A stretch of 64,000 bases of DNA from Fimbriosthenelais zetlandica (lineage: Eukaryota), in the NCBI GenBank assembly GCA_977030845.1, contig OZ365115.1, positions 4,092,001 through 4,156,000 of the forward strand. The letters run 5' to 3'. The notes below the pieces were generated by a model. It was given only the letters and a program-made list of their open reading frames with translations, was not told where the DNA came from and made no database searches. This document shows positions 13,075 through 25,342 of this stretch, one piece after another. Within the stretch, counting starts at the first letter, position 1. The number at the start of each line of letters is the position of its first letter. A program made the translations under genes and the position numbers.

Positions 13075-16000
13075 GTGTGCAAGGAAGAAGGTTGTGGTAA
13101 ACTTATGATGGTCATCTTGGGCTATCTATACACTGAAGCCATCCGCCCCTGCGGTCAAGACCCTTAACATCCCACTGGTGAAAGCTAAGGAGTGAGAGGT
13201 TTCTTATCTTACAAGCACGCCCACGCCGCAGTGGAAAAACAGATATCTATCAGAATCACCCGTTCATATTGCCATTGATTCTGCTCCTAAAGGCAATCGG
13301 AAAGGGATAGTTCTTTTTAGGACTTAAGGAAAGATGACCAAGATACTTGCCTTCAAATGGAAAAGATGTCTTTGTTTAGTGGGGGTTTTCTGTCAAGAAG
13401 TGAGCGAGCAGTGCTTCCCAGTGGACATTGCTGGGGGCAAAGTTTCATTAACCAGCCGGATTAGGCGCGCCAGTTTTTGAAATGAAGGGCATTATGGGAG
13501 ATGGCAGACGCTGAAGCCAGTGTCTTCATGGGGAGAAATGGTGCACAGTGTTCGACATGCCTACCAAGTGTCTTTTTCTCCTGTCGATAGGCTTGTTTAT
13601 CTGTAATGCACTACTCAATTCAGTATACCACCGTCAAAGAAAAGGGCTGTATAGATACTGACATGGATCTCGTCAGCCAAATTAGGGATGTTTTCAACTT
13701 CTTCAGTCTATCCATGATGCTTCGATAGGACCTACTATGGTAGTTCTTGCAGAAATCCATGGAAAAAACTAATAATGAGTAAGACAAATACTGCTGCCTT
13801 TGCGCTGCCTTCTCAGTGTATAATTATGTGCGCCATGCAGGAATGTGATGTTTTCCCCATTAATAAAAAATCAATGCATTTTATGTTTCCAGTATCTTTA
13901 GGAAGTGCCATACTACTGGTGTGTTTTCAGGCACTGTGACATGATTTCTGAGGGGAAGACATTCTGCCATCTGAACTCTGAGCTCAAGGCACATTCATGG
14001 GCAAATGTAAGGAGTGTTTCGACAAACACGCCCAAATGTCGACCTGTCATTGACAGAATGTTCCTGCATAATTACCCGTATCACAAGTAAAATGAATCAA
14101 CAGCATATGACATGGAAAAGCCATCAGGTGTTTGCAGACATTTGTGGACATTGCTGGTAGTCATCATGACTTGTCCATCCCACTGGTCACTCACCTACCT
14201 CAGTCATGTTGACCAGGCAATGACCTTGATAAATGAGTAACTGTACTAGAGTTATATAGCTCTCTTTCCACCTCTAGACACCAGGATGCCCACCTCTCAC
14301 CTTTAGAATCTGTGAAGACAGAGTCACTTCTCGTGTCTGCTAAAAGCCACCCTTGTCAAGACTCCTCGATGTGAGATATTCTGTGGCCATGTCTGATTCG
14401 CTTCTCCAGTCTGCAAGGGGAATCTGAAACGCGACAAAATGAAGAAATAAAGATCACATGAATCATATTTCCCTCAAGAAATTAACAAGATTTTTGCTTT
14501 TGTCTGCAGAATGCTGATGAGGCCTAACATGCATACCTCATATAAGCTTCCCTTCTGATTCTGCTGTGTATGCTGCAGTTGATATCGTCTTACTCATTGT
14601 CAGCAGAGCTGTCATCAGAATTCTGTGGTCGTGTGGTTTCAGCCTCCTAATACTGCCCCTATTCGGTGTCCATCATTAACCAAAGAGTAATTGACTTGAG
14701 GATAGCCTATTACATGCTGGATTGTAACGTCGAAGGCCATCTGAAAAGTTCAGAATGAAACCTAAATAAGTTCCCTGTAAGATTTATACTGACTAATTAG
14801 GGAAAGGTTTGCTTTTAATTAGTATGATGCATTGCACTTAATGTCGGTTATCCAGATAAAAAATAATATATTAATTTTGACACTCGAATGTCAGATTTCT
14901 GGTAGGGGAGCCCCCTCTGCTCGAGTGGCTGCATAATGGACAAGTTAATGAGAGAATTGTAACAGAACATGTGTGACCTTATGACTGCTCAAATTACCAG
15001 CTTCTCAGTATACGTAAACTTATTACTTCTGACGTATCAAATTTTTTAAAAGTTTTAAAATCAGATCTCAGATTGGTTGGAAGTTTTAGATGTTTGCCTG
15101 TATAAGGTGACCACGTTTGTGATGATCTCTTATTACACCATGTTACTGGATAAGGTCAGCTGTCATTAACGGCTCAAATGATTTGAATCCAATTATTGGA
15201 AGAAAATTAAACTCGCTCGAATTGTGTATCGTGACATTCCTTATACGAGAGACTGACACTTCCAACACATGTCAAACCACGTGCACTCGAAAACCACTTC
15301 CTTCTAAGGTTGATGACAATATGATCAGCATTGAACCTATATATAAGTGTATACAAATGCATTATTACCTGAATGACTGAAATTTGATGGGTTAAATTAT
15401 GCCTCAAATGTTTCTTCTCATAAGGGATGGTTTCGGATGTTATGGTTGCCATATTCCGTTCAGGAATATTATATATACATTAATCTTCCAGGAGCCTTCA
15501 GCGAAAACCCCGACTACTGTTGGTCGAAAACTTAGAAATGTGATAATAAACTTAATGATTTGTTGGAAAATTGAATTAATGGGAATAAATGGCAGTTGGC
15601 CAAATTCCTGGCCCCAAAATGTTCCCGTTTGCTCGGACCTTTCCTCACCAGGATCATGAGCTCTGAGACAGCTGTCTGCTCAGCCCTCGTTAACTTAACT
15701 ATCTCAAACAATTACCTGAATTGCTGGAAGGGAAGCAAAATAATTTCTCCAAAATTAAAACCTGCCTGCGGATACGGCTAAAAATTGTTTTTTTTCTTAG
15801 CTCAGGTTGGAGTACGCCACAAGGACATCTTTTGGGTTAGCCTGAAGACCCAGTTCTAGGTCCAACAAATGATATTGTTTTTTGTCTTTTCTAATTTTGT
15901 TTAATTTCCCTTTCATTAGTGAAAGACAAATCAATACATCATAGGTCATCGGCTGGAACCCCTCACAGATTTGTTTCCCTCTCCATGGGCTTTTGGAGCA

Positions 16001-17268
16001 GGAATGATAAGGGACAGCAGAGAAAGTTCCTGAAAAGTTACGATTTTGGACGAAGTCCGAATCAGGAAGTTATGACACCCAAATAAGCTGAAACCTGTGA
16101 TGAATGATGTCCAGTAATAACTGATTATCCTGGTGATCCCATAGCATGAAATTAAACAGCTCCCTTGTCTGCTCACAGCTGAGATGAGATATTTTTTTGC
16201 CTGTGGAGACACATTAGGTACCGGGGCATTTGCAGCATGAGTGCGTGCAGTAACTTCATCAAGCTGTCTTAATCATTATGATCTGGCTCCAAGAAATGGC
16301 ATGAAATTTCACAGGGGTGGGCTGTGTCATTAGAATGACCTGGGGGTGGTGGGGGGGGGGAGGAGTGACGTTGGCTTAGGTATTACTAAGGTTAATTATG
16401 TTGAAAAACAACCCAAGGGTGGGACCATGAATTTTGATTATCTGAGAATTCAGATGTCAACATCATTATAAATGTGTTTATGTACCTAAAAGACAAAGAA
16501 CATGTAGCTCTGTTGCCTTTTACTTCTATTGCTCCTTGAGATTCCTTGTTACATTAACAGCTCACAGAACCAAGATAAGAATTGACAACATTGAATTGTT
16601 AATGAACATGACAATCAAAATGATTCAGGGACTTTCATTAAGGCATTTAGGGGCATTAAGCAATTAAATTTGCATAAACCTCCTACCAACTGTCAAGGAT
16701 GACTTTCTTTATTAAATTTATTACATTAAATTTAGGTTTAATATAGGGTGTACTTTTAAAAGGATATAATATACCTATTAATAAAATTATCGGTAAGCCA
16801 GATTTGATGAGGTGGATTGAAGGTCAGTGGCTCCCATGTACTATACAGTTTGGATCATGAGAGAGATCTAATATGACGCTCATGACGCCATCTGGAGCAA
16901 TCATGGAGAAAACACTTTACCTTCTGAATATAGACAAGAAGCAGCCCAAGCTGCTCTCGTCCAACTCAACCCACTGAAAACAGATGGCAGCACTGAGCCG
17001 CTCAAGATGTGTTCCATTTTGGGAAGAATATGTTATTCTAGGTTCAAAAGCTAAATTTGAAACCAAAAGGATCAGTTTCTGTCTCCTGATTTCCATAGTT
17101 AACCACAGAACATGGATTTATACTTGACTTGAAGTGTCCTCAGATTCCTACTGAGATTTAATTTATTTCTTATTCCATCTCTGAACAATCTGTTAACGAG
17201 GAATCCATCTTAAATGTATCAATGCATATTGTCACATTTTTATCCAATGTTTTCTTTTATACTTTCAG

Positions 17269-18892
17269 AAATCGGATGTGAAAAGGTCAGCGCTAACTCC
17301 TGAACAACTGAGCCTGCTAGAGGAGGTTCTGAATCATCATAAAGCATATCTGGGGACGAGGGAACTAGACAGTTTAGGAGGCGGTTATGTACCACTTCGG
17401 AGAGAGTTGGATTCTTTAGGTGGCGGTGAAATCCCACTTAGACGTGAACTTGACTCACTAGGCGGAGGAGAGATCCCCCTGAGGAGAGAGCTTGATGAAC
17501 TGGGTGGAGCAGAGATCCCGTACTACGAGAGAAGTATCCATTATCCGGACGATTCAGTGAAAGACGAAATATTTCCTCTAAGAAGAGAACTGGACTCCCT
17601 GGGAGGGGGTGAAATCCCTCTCAGACGCGAGCTTGAGGATGAGAATTACAACAAACGGGGATTTGATTCCATTGGTCATGCTAGTGCATTCAGTGGATTC
17701 AGAAAGAAATCATTTGATCCCATTTCTCATTACTCTTCATTCAGGAACCTCAAGAGAGCATTTGACAGCATCGGTCATCACAGTAACTTTGCAGGTATGC
17801 GCAAGCGGAGGGCAGCTCAGAGGATCAAAAAGGCATTTGACACTATTGGTGGAAATAGTGCTTTTGGTGGTTTCGACAAGAAAGCTTTCGACTCCATAGG
17901 CGGCCAAAGTGCTTTTGGTAGTTTGAAAAAGAGAGCATTCGATTCAATCGATGGAAATAGTGCATTTGGTAGCTTTGACAAGAAAGCCTTTGACTCAATT
18001 GGTGGCAACAGTGCATTTGGAAGATTTGACAAGCGGGCCTTTGACTCAATTGATGGTAATAGTGCATTTGGAAGATTTGACAAGAAAGCCTTTGACTCAA
18101 TTGGTGGCAACAGTGCATTTAGTGGCTTCGACAAAAAGGCTTTCGATTCCATTGGTGGTAATAGTGCTTTTGGAAGATTTGACAAGAAAGCCTTTGACTC
18201 AATTGGTGGCAACAGTGCTTTTGGAAGATTTGACAAGAAAGCCTTTGACTCCATTGGAGGACAAAGCGCATTTGGAGCTCTGAAAAAGAAAGCTTTCGAC
18301 TCGATTGCAGGACAGAGTGCTTTTGGTGGCTTAAAAAAGAAATCATTTGATTCAATTAGTGGCAACAGTGCGTTTGGCAGATTTGATAAGAAGGCCTTTG
18401 ACTCCATTGGGGGACAAAGCGCATTTGGAGGATTAAAAAAGAAAGCCCTGGATTCTATTGGCGGCAATAGTGCATTTGGAGACTTTGAAAAAAGAGGTTT
18501 TGACTCTATTAATGGCCATAGTGCATTTGGAGGCCTGAAAAAGAAAGCCTTTGACTCAATTGGGGGACAAAGTGCTTTCGGGGGCCTCAAAAAGAAAGCC
18601 CTCGACTCCATTGGTGGCAACAGCGCTTTTGGAGGCTTTGATAAAAGAGCGTTTGACTCAATTGGGGGCCATAGTGCTTTTGGGGGCATGAAAAAGAAAG
18701 CCTTTGACTCCATCAGTGGCAATAGTGCTTTTGGTTCCTTTGACAAGAAAGCATTTGACTCTATTGGTAGTCAGAGTGCGTTTGGAGGACTACAGAAGAA
18801 ATCTGTCGCACATAAAGATGAAAAAAGAATGATTGATAGAATAGATCGACCAAATGACTGGGAGCACGAATTAACTCCAAAACTAAAAGAAG
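17269..18892 (+). CDS. Main coding exon of a pedal peptide/orcokinin-family neuropeptide precursor
   Basis: Acceptor TTTCAG at 17268 (phase 0) and donor AG|GTAAG at 18893 (phase 1). Open frame with 5 ELD(S/E)LGG-type peptides and 22 xFDSIGGxSAFGxx-type peptides, separated by KR/RR/KK/KKK convertase sites. FDSI-x-G-x-S-x-F is the lophotrochozoan pedal-peptide pattern. The signal-peptide exon was not located. Confidence 0.9.
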
Positions 18893-20873
18893 GTAAGAAA
18901 ACTACACTACTTTTCTGTTGATGTTATACCTTTTGGCTGTTTGTTCAGGGGCGGGTTAAATTTAAAAATTCACAATAATTCTCAGTAAAAACCCTTGTTC
19001 ATAATCAAAGTAAAATACACTTGAAAATATATGCTGAAAAAAGCCAATGGAAATGGTTGCCTAGAGATATATGGTTGTGATGAGAGCAAAGCATTTCCTT
19101 CAATTTCCAAAATTAACGTTAATCTGTTTCTAAACTAATGTTAGGGGTCTTTCTACCAATTCTGGTAAGTAGTCCGGAATTAAAGTTGAACAACTTTGAT
19201 CGTTCTGCCTCTTTTTTGTGGGTGTTTGTTATCTGGATGCATCCAAACTTTAAATCGCAAACATCTGCGAGATTTTTCTTAAGAATGTTTCTAATTTTTT
19301 TTTATATTGAATGAAGGATTGAATGGTGTCATCATCATTTACAGTTATCTTTGCTTACAAAAAGTTTTACAACAATCATCTGTTGTGAATGGAAAGTGGA
19401 GATATGTAAAAGTTATAAACCAGGAATTGTTTCTTTAAGAGTAAAACATGAAACTTATATAATGTAGGTTTAGTTAGGCCTGCTGTTAAGGGATGGGAAT
19501 TATGGTTTTCAAGTACTTGGTAATTAGTCGCTATGGCATACCTTCTAAAGCGAAGAACCATCTTCAAATTTGTGTCCCGTCACTTGATCATCTGAACATT
19601 ACTGACGAATAATCCACCATATACAATGTATATATCATATTCTTACATTCTATAGGGTCCTAATCCTTTAATCTCCTCTCTAAAGAATCATTTTATATTC
19701 AGTAGTTCTATTGATGATTTTTGAAAGAAGAAGTTGTACAACCAGTTTATATGTGCATGTGTGCATCTTATTTCACAAAATATCAATCATACAACTTTCA
19801 TCAATATTTTGCAAAGCCAATATTATTCTGTTAAACATAGCATGTCATGCATTTTAACATTATATTGGTGTAAAGAGATGACGGATGCATGGACTGCATG
19901 TAACATATATATTCCAGCATTTGACTAGCATTTATATCTATCTCTCCATTACAAAGTATTTCATACCTGCAAACATTTGAGAATTCCCCCATTTCTTATT
20001 TTTTGTTACTAATTAATATACTTCTTATTGTTCCACTTTTAAAACATACATTTTACATTTCTTTACATTACTTCATTTTCAACATACCGCATGCATAGCT
20101 AGTCTTTACATCAAGAAACTATACCTCAGAATTACCAGTAACAAGCATTCCGTAGATAATTCTAGAAGCAATGCCACTTTTAGTGTTGGTTAGCTTGTCA
20201 CTATGTCTCCATCTGCCTACATTTTCCCATATTTAACGAGCATCCTTTGTAATATAAAGTTCCTCCTTCATTACAACAAGAAAGGCTGATTACAGACTTT
20301 AATGATCAGATTTTGATGAAGCTTGCTGAAACTTGGATTTTCCTGTCGTTCGGACTAATGAAGCAATAACTCTGACATATGATATGCCAATATCATCAAA
20401 TTGATCAGGGGGTAACATGCTATGTGTTCAGGGGTAAGCAAAAGATCAAGGACTGTTAGTTTTGGTATGTGTGAAGACCCGTCAAAGCAATGGCCCAAGT
20501 CCTGTATTAATTTAAACTGTCACATGCTGAATAATAGGACAACACTTTTGTCCTAATCCGCAACCCTCACAAGATAATTAATTGGCTACAAGGTTTACCG
20601 CGATAATTAAAGTGGATCCTAACAATCCATTGTGGTTTTATCTTGGGATAATCACGTTTATTAATAGATGAGTGAGTTTGTCTATTGTTACAATTGAGTG
20701 GTGGGATCATCCCTATTGTGACAATGGCTGCTGAGAGGATGGAACTGTTCCCTATGTCATAAATGCCTAGCTTGATTATTCTCCTTTTTAAGCAAGCGTG
20801 AACTTTGCATTTTTAGGATTAACAGCTGTATCAAATTACTCATTTTGAATTCTCTTATTTTTCCTTATAACAG

Positions 20874-20931
20874 AGGCGGGTGGAGACGCTTAGGAGATAT
20901 TGAGGACAAATGAAAGACGACAGGATTGAGT
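20874..20931 (+). CDS. Probable small downstream exon of the neuropeptide gene containing the stop codon
   Basis: Pyrimidine tract plus ACAG at 20873 and donor GTAAGT at 20932. Phase-1 joining gives ...KE-EAGGDA*; the alternative AG at 20875 gives ...KE-GGWRRLGDIEDK*. A further acceptor (TTTTTCAG, 21092) probably starts a 3' UTR exon. Confidence 0.45.
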
Positions 20932-23900
20932 GTAAGTATTAACCTTCACCGTTCTACTGTTTTTTGAGTGCTGTAACACTCCTAAAGATATAGTTTGTAG
21001 ACACAAGTATCATAAAAATCTGTAACTTGAGTAATGCGATTTTCTTTCGTAAATTTATTCTTAAATATCCTCATCTCCTTCCTATTTTTCAGGTGGGAGA
21101 AAGGAGTATCTATGAGGAATATCTTCAACGAGTATCCGGGCATCTACAGGAAAATGAAAATATCCTGAATCTCAATGAGATATTGTGGCGTGCGGAATAC
21201 AGCCAGCTGTGATCAAGAAAAAGATAAAAGTAATATTTAAATGTTTGAAGACACTAAAATATCACTCTTATTCTGACAAAAAAAAACACATTAAAAATGT
21301 CGGTTTTGACACAACAAATTGACATTATCATGATATGCACAATGATGTTAACTTCTGAAGGCACTGCAGGACCACTGTGGTAGAGATTGTCCATATCAAA
21401 GAACATTGGCAGATGGAGATGTGACATTCCAAATGAAGAGAGCGTTAGATGCAAAACCTTTCCTAGGCAACTGTAGATAAATGCATTAAGATTTGGTTCC
21501 TACGCAGATATCAATATATAACATACTTTGTTTTATTTCTGAGTGTGGATCTCATGTCATTGCAGGGAGACCACCATGTAATAATTTCCATTGTTGTCTG
21601 GCATTTTATCATGTTGAATACAATACAATGTGTTTGTGGAGCAACCACTATTTCTGTATGTGTTTTTGATTATATAAAGATTATTAAATTTGTATATGAT
21701 ATAAGGTCTTGCGTGTCGTTGCAGTCCAAATGGGAAAGTACCTATTTAAAAAAAAATCATCTTGTTTTGTTTTAGAATGGATCCCAGAAAAATGATAATT
21801 GTAATAAAGTTATCGGCCTGCCCACTGCGATATGCCATAAAGCCAATGGAAGAATAAAGGAGATTATTACAAGTTTATATAGTTGTATGTACCCATGTAA
21901 CATTCGAAGGAATAAAAAAAAGTAGAAAGTGCAGCCCAAATAATACTCTTTAGATATGAGGCTCATATTTTGTAATAAAGACCGAAACATCCGGAACGGG
22001 TGGGGACACTCTGAATTAAAGTGGGTACTAGGGCTCTTTCTCAATTTCAATTAAGGAGAAGAGGATAATTTTACTACGGACATCAAGGACCTCGGAATTT
22101 GAGAAATATGGGTACTTTTTCAGATTTTCCTCCCCCTACCCCTGGGGCGAAACGCCCACCAAGGAAACCACTCTTGTTGCAGATAGACGTTGAGATTTTA
22201 GATTTTTACATGGTGATTGGTGAACTGTGGGCCTGAGTATTAGGGATGATCAGATATTTAGTATTTAAAAAAGGGGTGTGTGGGGGGGGGGGGGGGGGTG
22301 GCGTCGGCCCACATGTGCAAACGGCCCCTGGGGTCTAGTCTCGTGACAAATAAAAATCATCACTGAAAGGGAGGGTGCATGAGGGTACGTGAGTGCCCCC
22401 CCCCCCCCCCATGGATCCGCCCTTTGAGTGAGTGAGGAATGTCATCTATTTAGTTCCCAGTAGGGTACGCCACATGAGGATTGCTTTATAGGATCATTTC
22501 CTCCAGCCTCCTGGCTTCCATATTTTTAGCAGGGTCAAAGCTGGTCCCTATTGCTGCCTTTAGATCAAAATGTCCTCATAAAGATTTGGTATATTGTAAT
22601 TATCTCTATTGAAGGTGCAGTATATTATGGAAGGAGAGGAAAGGGTGGCCTTTCTTAAAGGAACTAAATTCTTAAAGGTGTATTAAAATACCTTTCTTTT
22701 GAAAGTCCCTTTGAAAATGATAACAAAGGAAATATGTATAGGCCTGTCTATAAAATAATAATGCGAATATCAATAAATACCAGTAAAGAAGTGCTCCAAT
22801 GAATTGAAGGGGAAAAAATACAAAGCTTTATAATATGCGACTACTGGTGCATGTGCGCAGCAACAGTCAGGATGGAGCATCTCCATATACATAACACAAG
22901 CAGCAAGCATCCAGGGGTTGAAGGAGGGAGGTGCCGGCCTTGGTCTTGCAGGCGTAAATAGCTTTCGGAGCAGTGGGATAGGAGGCGGTACATGGGACGG
23001 GAGGAACACTTGTACCATCAGCTGAAGCAGCCAGCAGCACAACCTATAGGCATGGTACTTACTGCCAAAGTGGGTTTTCCTTCTGCAGAAAATCTCTTAT
23101 TTTTACACCTGGAGAAAATAACCACCTGTTTTATTTTTGGGGAGTTCGCAGAATTATTTCTTGGAAGTTGGCTCAATTGAAAAAAATAATTCATGAACCT
23201 TGGCTGCACGGACATAAAGGCAGCTTTAATTTGTTCCACCCAATAAATCAGGTGTGTGCGTGACAATCCATCTTGGTTGTGAGTGCCTAGCCCTGGTTTA
23301 CAAAGCTGGAGTGGGAAAAGCAGCAGCAGGAGAGGCTGAAGCAGACGCAGTAGAAAGCTTTTGCCTTGAATATTGGCTGAGTAAAGTATCAGCAATACCA
23401 GCAGCACTAAAGTGGACAGCATCGAGCGTTCTATAGTGTGTATACATACAAACGAGCAGCAGCTAACTTGGATTTGACCTCGGATGCCCTGGCCCAAAGA
23501 CAACATATCCCCCCACATGGGATTCCACTGGGACAATAAGGCATTGGGGACACATGTGAACATCAGATAGGCGCTGAAAATCCTGCTGTCCTACGAGAAA
23601 ACAAACTGTTTTGTGACAGAACCGTGGACTGTTCTTACACAGGCAATTCTTTTCACCAAGGAAAAGGGTCCCATTTCTTGATTTAAGAGGGTAGAATCAG
23701 ATTCTGATTGTTGGGAAAAAACGCAATACAGTGTTAAGAGTGAGTATAGATTATTATTTTGATCATGATAGCTTGTCAATGCCCGTCTATTAGTGTAGCA
23801 CCCAGTGTATTGCCTATACTTGTAGAGCTCTGTGAGCAGCTCAGCATGCTGTATTCAACATTAACCAGGTAACGCGGGCTTTGCTGTTCCTTGGTGGGGT

Positions 23901-25342
23901 GGGGGCAGCGGGAGGAGCCATAGTGAGCGCCTCCCTGCTGGAACCAATATAGCTGCATGGCCTCAACTTCACTACGGACACGCCTGTGCAATATTATACC
24001 TATACTACCTTGGTGGCTACTGTAGCTAAGCTAGTTTTAGATCCCCTCCTAAACTCACCTTTCCATCTCAAATCTGTCTCCAGAGGCTTTATCTAGGAAA
24101 AGCTCAATCTATAGGCACATTAAACTGAATTCAGACATTCCAAAACTTTATATCAACATGGTGCCGGCTCCAGCTAAAATAATTTATTTTTAGATGACCT
24201 AGTCACAGGGAACAAATTATAATCATTTGGTCCGAACAGTAACCTGTCGTTTCCGTTTCCCGTTATTATCCTACTACAGATTTCCTGTCATTTTGTAAAA
24301 TTACCTTTGCTGAGCCAGAGGTTCCAATGCGGGCTTACACAAAGAGAATTAAGTCACTCAACAGAATTACTGTTTATATCCTCTAGGCCTATATTTAATG
24401 CCGTGAAAACCTAAAAAAAGGAAACTTCAATTACTAAAATCTGATAACATATATTATTTATCAAATATATTATAACTGTTAAGCAACCATTCCTATTTTA
24501 TTAATGTAGAAATTTAGAGATCCGAAACTCTATCCATATTTAAATACCTTAAGTACAGTTGCGGTTGTAATTTCAATCCTTTAGTCCACGACAATCCGAA
24601 TCACTTATTCAACCCGCATGCACACCAATGAGTCCATAAAGCCATATGGCATCCACAACGGATAGGCCCTATATACATGTACAGTATAATGGGTAAGAGG
24701 GTATAGTGTTCAAAGCAAGTTTTCTTTACCCCAATACTGCAATTTAATTCACTTGAGTCCCCTTACACCATCTCTTACATTGGGAAGGTGCTGGGCCACC
24801 TGTTGAACATAAGTGCCCTACCCAAGCGTGAGATTTCCTAACCCAAAAATGTTAGGTTCAAATAGTTTGTGTCTTTGTCAAATTGTTCCCTTGAAAACTT
24901 AAATACCGATAAGCTGGGATGCATCAAAAGGGGATAGGGTCCTGGGGCTTCCTAATAGAGTAGCTTTAGGCGTTGGATAACACATCTGGTTTGACACATG
25001 CTGTTCATTTAGCCTGAACGAAACCACCACCAGGAGTGAAAAGATATGCATTCCACCCTTACAAGTTAATGCCCCCTGGGCTAATGCTGCCTGACCCATG
25101 ACTGCGATAACACTTCTACTCAAGAAGAAAATATTTGTATGCTTTAGATACATATAACTCTTTAATAGACCCACAAACATTATATCGATGATGCATTTAT
25201 ATAATTATAATGAAACCTATGATATATATTTCAGAGAAAAGCCTGGGAAGGCCACTTAAAGTTGGCAGGAGTCGGTTTGACAAAACCAAGGCAGTTCCAC
25301 CTCTTTCTTCATAGTTTCCTTTACAAAATCAATGGTTTAAAT

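Noticed and set aside
10640-14400. GC-richer patches with faint RT-like words (KYLG, GEKWCTVFDM)
   Set aside because: Motifs are isolated, in different frames and strands, and not colinear; insufficient to call an element.
14510-14650. Candidate signal-peptide exon for the neuropeptide (LLILLCMLQLISSYSLSA)
   Set aside because: The ATGs after the acceptor are in another frame that stops, and the hydrophobic frame has an upstream TAA and no good donor.
17817-18746. 309-aa minus-strand repetitive ORF (and the other overlapping ORFs at 17609-18355)
   Set aside because: Antisense or alternate-frame shadows of the 51-nt neuropeptide repeat; no independent signals.
17836-18800. Regularly spaced repeats suggesting a CRISPR array
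   Set aside because: Eukaryotic context, in-frame coding repeats with dibasic cleavage sites, no unique spacers, no cas genes.
22770-23780. Cluster of 60-181 aa ORFs with a Gln/Glu-rich stretch (KLEWEKQQQERLKQ)
   Set aside because: Interrupted by several stops, no splice structure or recognisable domain. Possibly a decayed element, but unassignable.
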